Shown in pieces: positions 54,683 through 64,000 of a stretch of 64,000 bases of DNA. A program made the translations under genes and the position numbers. The notes below the pieces were generated by a model. It was not told where the DNA came from. It ran no database searches and saw nothing but the letters and a program-made list of their open reading frames with translations. Where the stretch lies: assembly GCF_009914755.1 (NCBI RefSeq), contig NC_060944.1. One strand, written 5' to 3'. The stretch's first letter is position 1, and every line of letters starts with the position of its first letter. Origin of the DNA: the human T2T-CHM13v2.0 reference genome, Homo sapiens.

Positions 54683-55009
54683 CTACCAGGAATGAATGTT
54701 TAGCTAAAAAATTCCTTCCATTTCAAAGTAGAATATGGGAGATTGGTTAAGCAGTTACTCAGATAAAGAGGATTGTGATTTCAGAAGATGGCACAGTTTG
54801 AGTCAAAAATGAGAAATTCCCCTGGCCAAAATGTGGTAATGAGATTTCAGGTTATATTAATAGAAGTATGGTATCTTCACTGTGGAGGTGCTGGTCCTCT
54901 CTGGGGCATCAATCATCCCATAGCTAGAGTATTGTGTTTGGGTTTTAGTAACATTACAAATATGGGTGGGGTTATCATCTGTCCAAATCAGTTCTCTGGT
55001 GTCAGTTAT

Positions 55010-55679
<670 letters not shown>

Positions 55680-55833
55680 AACGGTATTCTAGACGGCAGG
55701 GTACTCCAACAGACCTGCAGCTGAGGGTCCTCTCTGTTAGAAGGAAAACTAACAAACAGAAAGGACATCCACACCAAAAACCCATCTGTACATCACCATC
55801 ATCAAAGACCAAAAGTAGATAAAAACCACAAAG

Positions 55834-56852
55834 ATGGGGAAAAAACAGAACAGAAAAACTGGAAACTCTCAAAAGCAGAGCGCCTCTCCTCCTCCAAGGG
55901 AAGCAGTTCCTCACCAGCAACGGAACAAAGCTGGATGGAGAATGACTTTGACGAGCTGAGAGAAGAAGGCTTCAGACGATCAAATTACTCTGAGCTATGG
56001 GAGGACATTCAAACCAAAGGCGAAGAAGTTGAAAACTTTGAAAAAAATTTAGAAGAATGTATAACTAGAATAACCAATACAGAGAAGTGCTTAAAGGAGC
56101 TGATGGAGCTGAAAACCAAGGCTCGAGAACTACGTGAAGAATGCAGAAGCCTCAGGAGCCGATGCGATCAACTGGAAGAAAGGGTATCAGCGATAGAAGA
56201 TGAAATGAATGAAATGAAGCGAGAAGGGAAGTCTAGAGAAAAAAGAATAAAAAGAAATGAGCAAAGCCTCCAAGAAATATGGGACTATGTGAAAAGACCA
56301 AATCTACGTCTGATTGGTGTACCTGAAAGTGATGGGGAGAATGGAACCAAGTTGGAAAACACTCTGCAGGATATTATCCAGGAGAACTTCCCCAATCTAG
56401 CAAGGCAGGCCAACGTTCAGATTCAGGAAATACAGAGAACGCCACAAAGATACTCCTCGAGAAGAGCAACTCCAAGACACATAATTGTCAGATTCACCAA
56501 AGTTGAAATGAAGGAAAAAATGTTAAGGGCAGCCAGAGAGAAAGGTCGGGTTACCCTCAAAGGGAAGCCCATCAGACTAACAGCGGATCTCTCGGCAGAA
56601 ACCCTACAAGCCAGAAGAGAGTGGGGGCCAATATTCAACACTCTTAAAGAAAAGAATTTTCAACCCAGAATTTCATATCCAGCCAAACTAAGCTTCATAA
56701 GTGAAGGAGAAATAAAATACTTTACAGACAAGCAAATGCTGAGAGATTTTGTCACCACCAGGTCTGCCTTACAAGAAGAGCTCCTGAAGGAAGCACTAAA
56801 CATGGAAAGGAACAACCGGTACCAGCCGCTGCAAAATCATGCCAAAATGTAA
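55834..56852 (+). pseudogene. L1 ORF1p, frameshifted
   Basis: Native ATG (MGKKQNRKTGNS) at 55834; 1-bp deletion near 55903 (gaa-gc for gaacgc); the remaining 305 codons are open from the internal Met at 55935, with one extra Glu (ALQEELLKE). Confidence 0.93.
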
Positions 56853-56900
56853 AGACCATGGAGACTAGGAAGAAACTGCATCAACTAACGAGCAAAATAA

Positions 56901-60736
<3,836 letters not shown>

Positions 60737-61015
60737 ACAATGAGATCACATGGACACAGGAAGGGGAATATCACACTCTGGGGACTGTTGTGGGGTGGTG
60801 GGAGGGGGGAGGGATAGCACTGGGAGATATACCTAATGCTAGATGACGAGTTAGTGGGTGCAGCGCACCAGCATGGTACATGTATACATATGTAACTAAC
60901 CTGCACAATGTGCACATGTACCCTAAAACTTAAAAGTATAATAAAAAAAAAGTTGTATTTAGATATCATTACTGCTTTAATACCTAAAAAAAAAAAAAAA
61001 AACAACGGTATTCTA

Positions 61016-61200
61016 CATATCTATGTGTCTTTTATTATCTGGTTCCCTCATTAGAGGAGGCACTATGAAGGGTAGGGACTTAACTGTTCCGGTCACAGTC
61101 TAGCACAGTATCTGGTACAAGGAAGGCTCATAGTAGGTGCTCAGTGAAAAAATTGTTGAACGATGAATGAATAATTAAATAAATGAATGAATTAATAAAC
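61016..61200 (+). mobile_element. L2 terminal part
   Basis: ctatgaagggtagggact...tagtaggtgctcagtgaaaaaattgttgaacgatgaatgaat. Confidence 0.7.
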
Positions 61201-61280
61201 ACTCTGTAGAACTCACATTTCATAGAAGACATTTTGGCAAAAGTTATATGAAGTTTTTAACTTGTCTATTCTGGAAATAA

Positions 61281-61895
<615 letters not shown>

Positions 61896-61953
61896 TAAAT
61901 TTCTTAAATACATTTTAAAATACAACTCTTTTATTGTAAGAATTATGGCTGTC

Positions 61954-61954
<1 letters not shown>

Positions 61955-61986
<32 letters not shown>

Positions 61987-61995
61987 CGTGTGTGC
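61955..61995. repeat. (TG)n microsatellite
   Basis: Interrupted TG run. Confidence 0.9.
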
Positions 61996-62439
61996 ACACG
62001 CACATGTGTTTATCTCACAGCATTTAACACAAAGCCTGGACTGTAACAAGAACTGAGAATATATTTGAAGGTTTTAAGAATGGTTTGAGAAGACTTTTTG
62101 GTTAAAAAGGTAATTCAGATATACAGAAGTGGTTTTTTTTTTTTTTTTGAGACACCCATTCACAAATGTGCCTTTCTTCCAGAGGCATTCATTTATTCAT
62201 CCATCCGTTCATTTAACACATATTTACTGCATGTCCCTATGTGCTTTCATGCCCTGGTCTCAGCACATCCTGACTTGAGCCCTGCCCTCACACAGTTTCT
62301 TCACATCAGCTTGGCAAGAAAAAGGGGCAATTCTTGAAGAATCACATGTTTTACTCATTGTTCCATTGAACACTGCTCAGAGAAAGTGTGATTAGAATTA
62401 TGGAGAAGGGGTAACTGAACTGAGCAAGTATTAAGTGTC

Positions 62440-62965
62440 TCCTCTTCTAATCCCTGGACCTCATCCATGGTTTCAATTTGGTTGATGAACATTTATTGCC
62501 AATCAAAAATAGTCAACTTCCACAGTGCTCTTGGCACTCAGGGTTAGAGTTGAGTGCTAGAGGTAGACTGATGGATTCAAATCCCAGTTTGTCTATTTAC
62601 CGTCCTGTGACCTAAGTCGAGTTATTCACGTTCTCCAGTTTTTCATTTCTCTATCTATGCTCTGTTACCCCCACCCTCCAATCTTTGGGTCTAGCAACAC
62701 CCCCCTTGAGGCTTTTTCTAATGCTCAATGAACAACAGAATTTCATGCCCTGACCCAACTCTCCCCTGCTCAAAATTAACTTAAATAATAAACAATCAAA
62801 AATCATAGACCATGAGAAAACAAGAAGTGGGAAGATGTTAGAGATGTTATGAAAATTAAAGGGGATAACATATGGGAAGTGCCTGACAAGAATAAGTGTG
62901 ACAATTGGCATGGCTCTTGTCTGTTTGGAACAATATAATATAACCTGGAGGTTAGTCAGCTGCAG
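62440..62965 (+). repeat. Local duplication, copy 2
   Basis: Direct homolog of 53613-54336; lacks the THE1 LTR but has ~170 extra bp at ~62657-62827. Confidence 0.9.
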
Positions 62966-63679
62966 GTAGGAGATAATTTTGAATAGAAAAAAATCTTCAA
63001 TGTATAGTAAATTTACTTTTTCATAGTCCTAAGTATAAAGGCACTCAGATGAAGGGTATTGAGAACTCTTTCTCCACCATCAAAACCCACAAGATCTGCT
63101 ATCATTTTAACCAGTGTGTTTGTGTGTGTGTGTGCATGTGTGTGTGTGTAGAGGAGGAGGACAGTACTTTCTTAACCTCCTCATTCTTCAAAGTCTTTAT
63201 CCAATTAATCCAGAAGGTATGTTGCTTCTATATAGCAGGCACATGTTGGAAACCAAGTCTCAAGAATTGGAAGGAATTCCTACATACTCAGTAATTCCTT
63301 CTCTTCCTTCCTTTCTTCCCTCCTTCTTTCCTCCTTTCCTTTGTCTCTCCCTTTCTCCCTTCTCTCATTATTTAATTAATGGTTAATGGATAACAACTTG
63401 GCAGCAGGCATCTTTACTGTCCTCCTTGGGCTCTTACGTTCATACATGTGGGTCATGGATTATCTAAAACAGCGTCCACAGGAGTGCTGCCTTTTTCCAT
63501 ATGACCGAATCCCTTGCCATCACCTCTTGCTCAGCACCTCAGCCCTTTCAGATGTGCAACCCTACTTTGAATTTCTATCCTTTGGGAAAGAGGAACCATT
63601 ATGGATTTTAAGCAGAGGAGTTATTTCTGAAGATTAACTGGGGAAGGAAAGAGGACTAAGACAGGAGGCAGGAAGAGAG

Positions 63680-63875
63680 ACCAGTCCAAGTTTCTAATCC
63701 TAGTTCTTTCCCTACACAGGTGTGTAGCCTTGGAGAAGTTACTTAACCTTACAACTTTATTTACTTATCTTTAAAATGGGGGGTAAGAAACCCCATCTCA
63801 CAAAATTATTACCTGAGTTCAGTGCGAAAACAAGAAGGTGATTTTGGTGCCTAGTATGAATGGAGTGTTCAATAA
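63680..63875 (+). mobile_element. MIR SINE
   Basis: tgtgtagccttggagaagttacttaacc...atctttaaaatggggg...atctcacaaaattatt. Confidence 0.65.
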
Positions 63876-64000
63876 TGATTTCACAGTTCTTTCCTTTTCT
63901 AACACTTTGTCTTTAAGATGAGAAATGAGAATTGAGCCTCACTGTTGTTCACATAAGATCAAAATGGCTTTATTGCAAGTAAGCTTCTAACTAGATAGAA

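Larger units (their letters stand above)
52990..54950 (+). mobile_element. CR1/L3 LINE ORF2 (RT) relic with several later insertions
   Basis: ORF 53191 EKEIIITGTQHVFSQKSYQVNLIF resembles CR1 RT (ITRSQHGFTKNKSCQTNLISF); colinear later pieces gaggtctccagtgg, gctgggaggga...cttgacagg...tgggctgaa, ggttatattaatagaagtatggtatc, ctagagtattgtgtttggg. Confidence 0.7.

Overview
Primate (very probably human) intergenic DNA with no intact cellular protein-coding gene; nearly all short ORFs in the track are chance frames or lie in repeats. Main contents: (1) an old processed ATG3 pseudogene on the minus strand (~16.3-17.5 kb); (2) a nested stack at ~31.6-43.8 kb in which an apparently full-length old L1MA element sits inside an older L1 and itself carries a full-length 7SL retrocopy, a second S-domain-only 7SL fragment, an Alu and two MaLR solo LTRs; (3) a long decayed CR1/L3 LINE (~53-55 kb); (4) a young 5'-truncated, disabled L1PA2-like element (55.7-61.0 kb) with a TSD and a 34-bp 3' transduction; (5) many Alu, L2, MIR, LTR and DNA-transposon relics and several unique, motif-dense blocks that look like enhancers. 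I find no convincing new biological system. The most unusual signals are the 3' transduction tag and two apparent local templated copies: an inverted 7SL S-domain fragment placed in L1 ORF2, and a direct duplication (53.6 kb / 62.4 kb) with a 56-bp identical core. Repeat subfamily names come from recalled consensus sequences and need RepeatMasker/Dfam confirmation; boundaries without a quoted TSD are approximate, and not every MIR/L2 scrap is listed.
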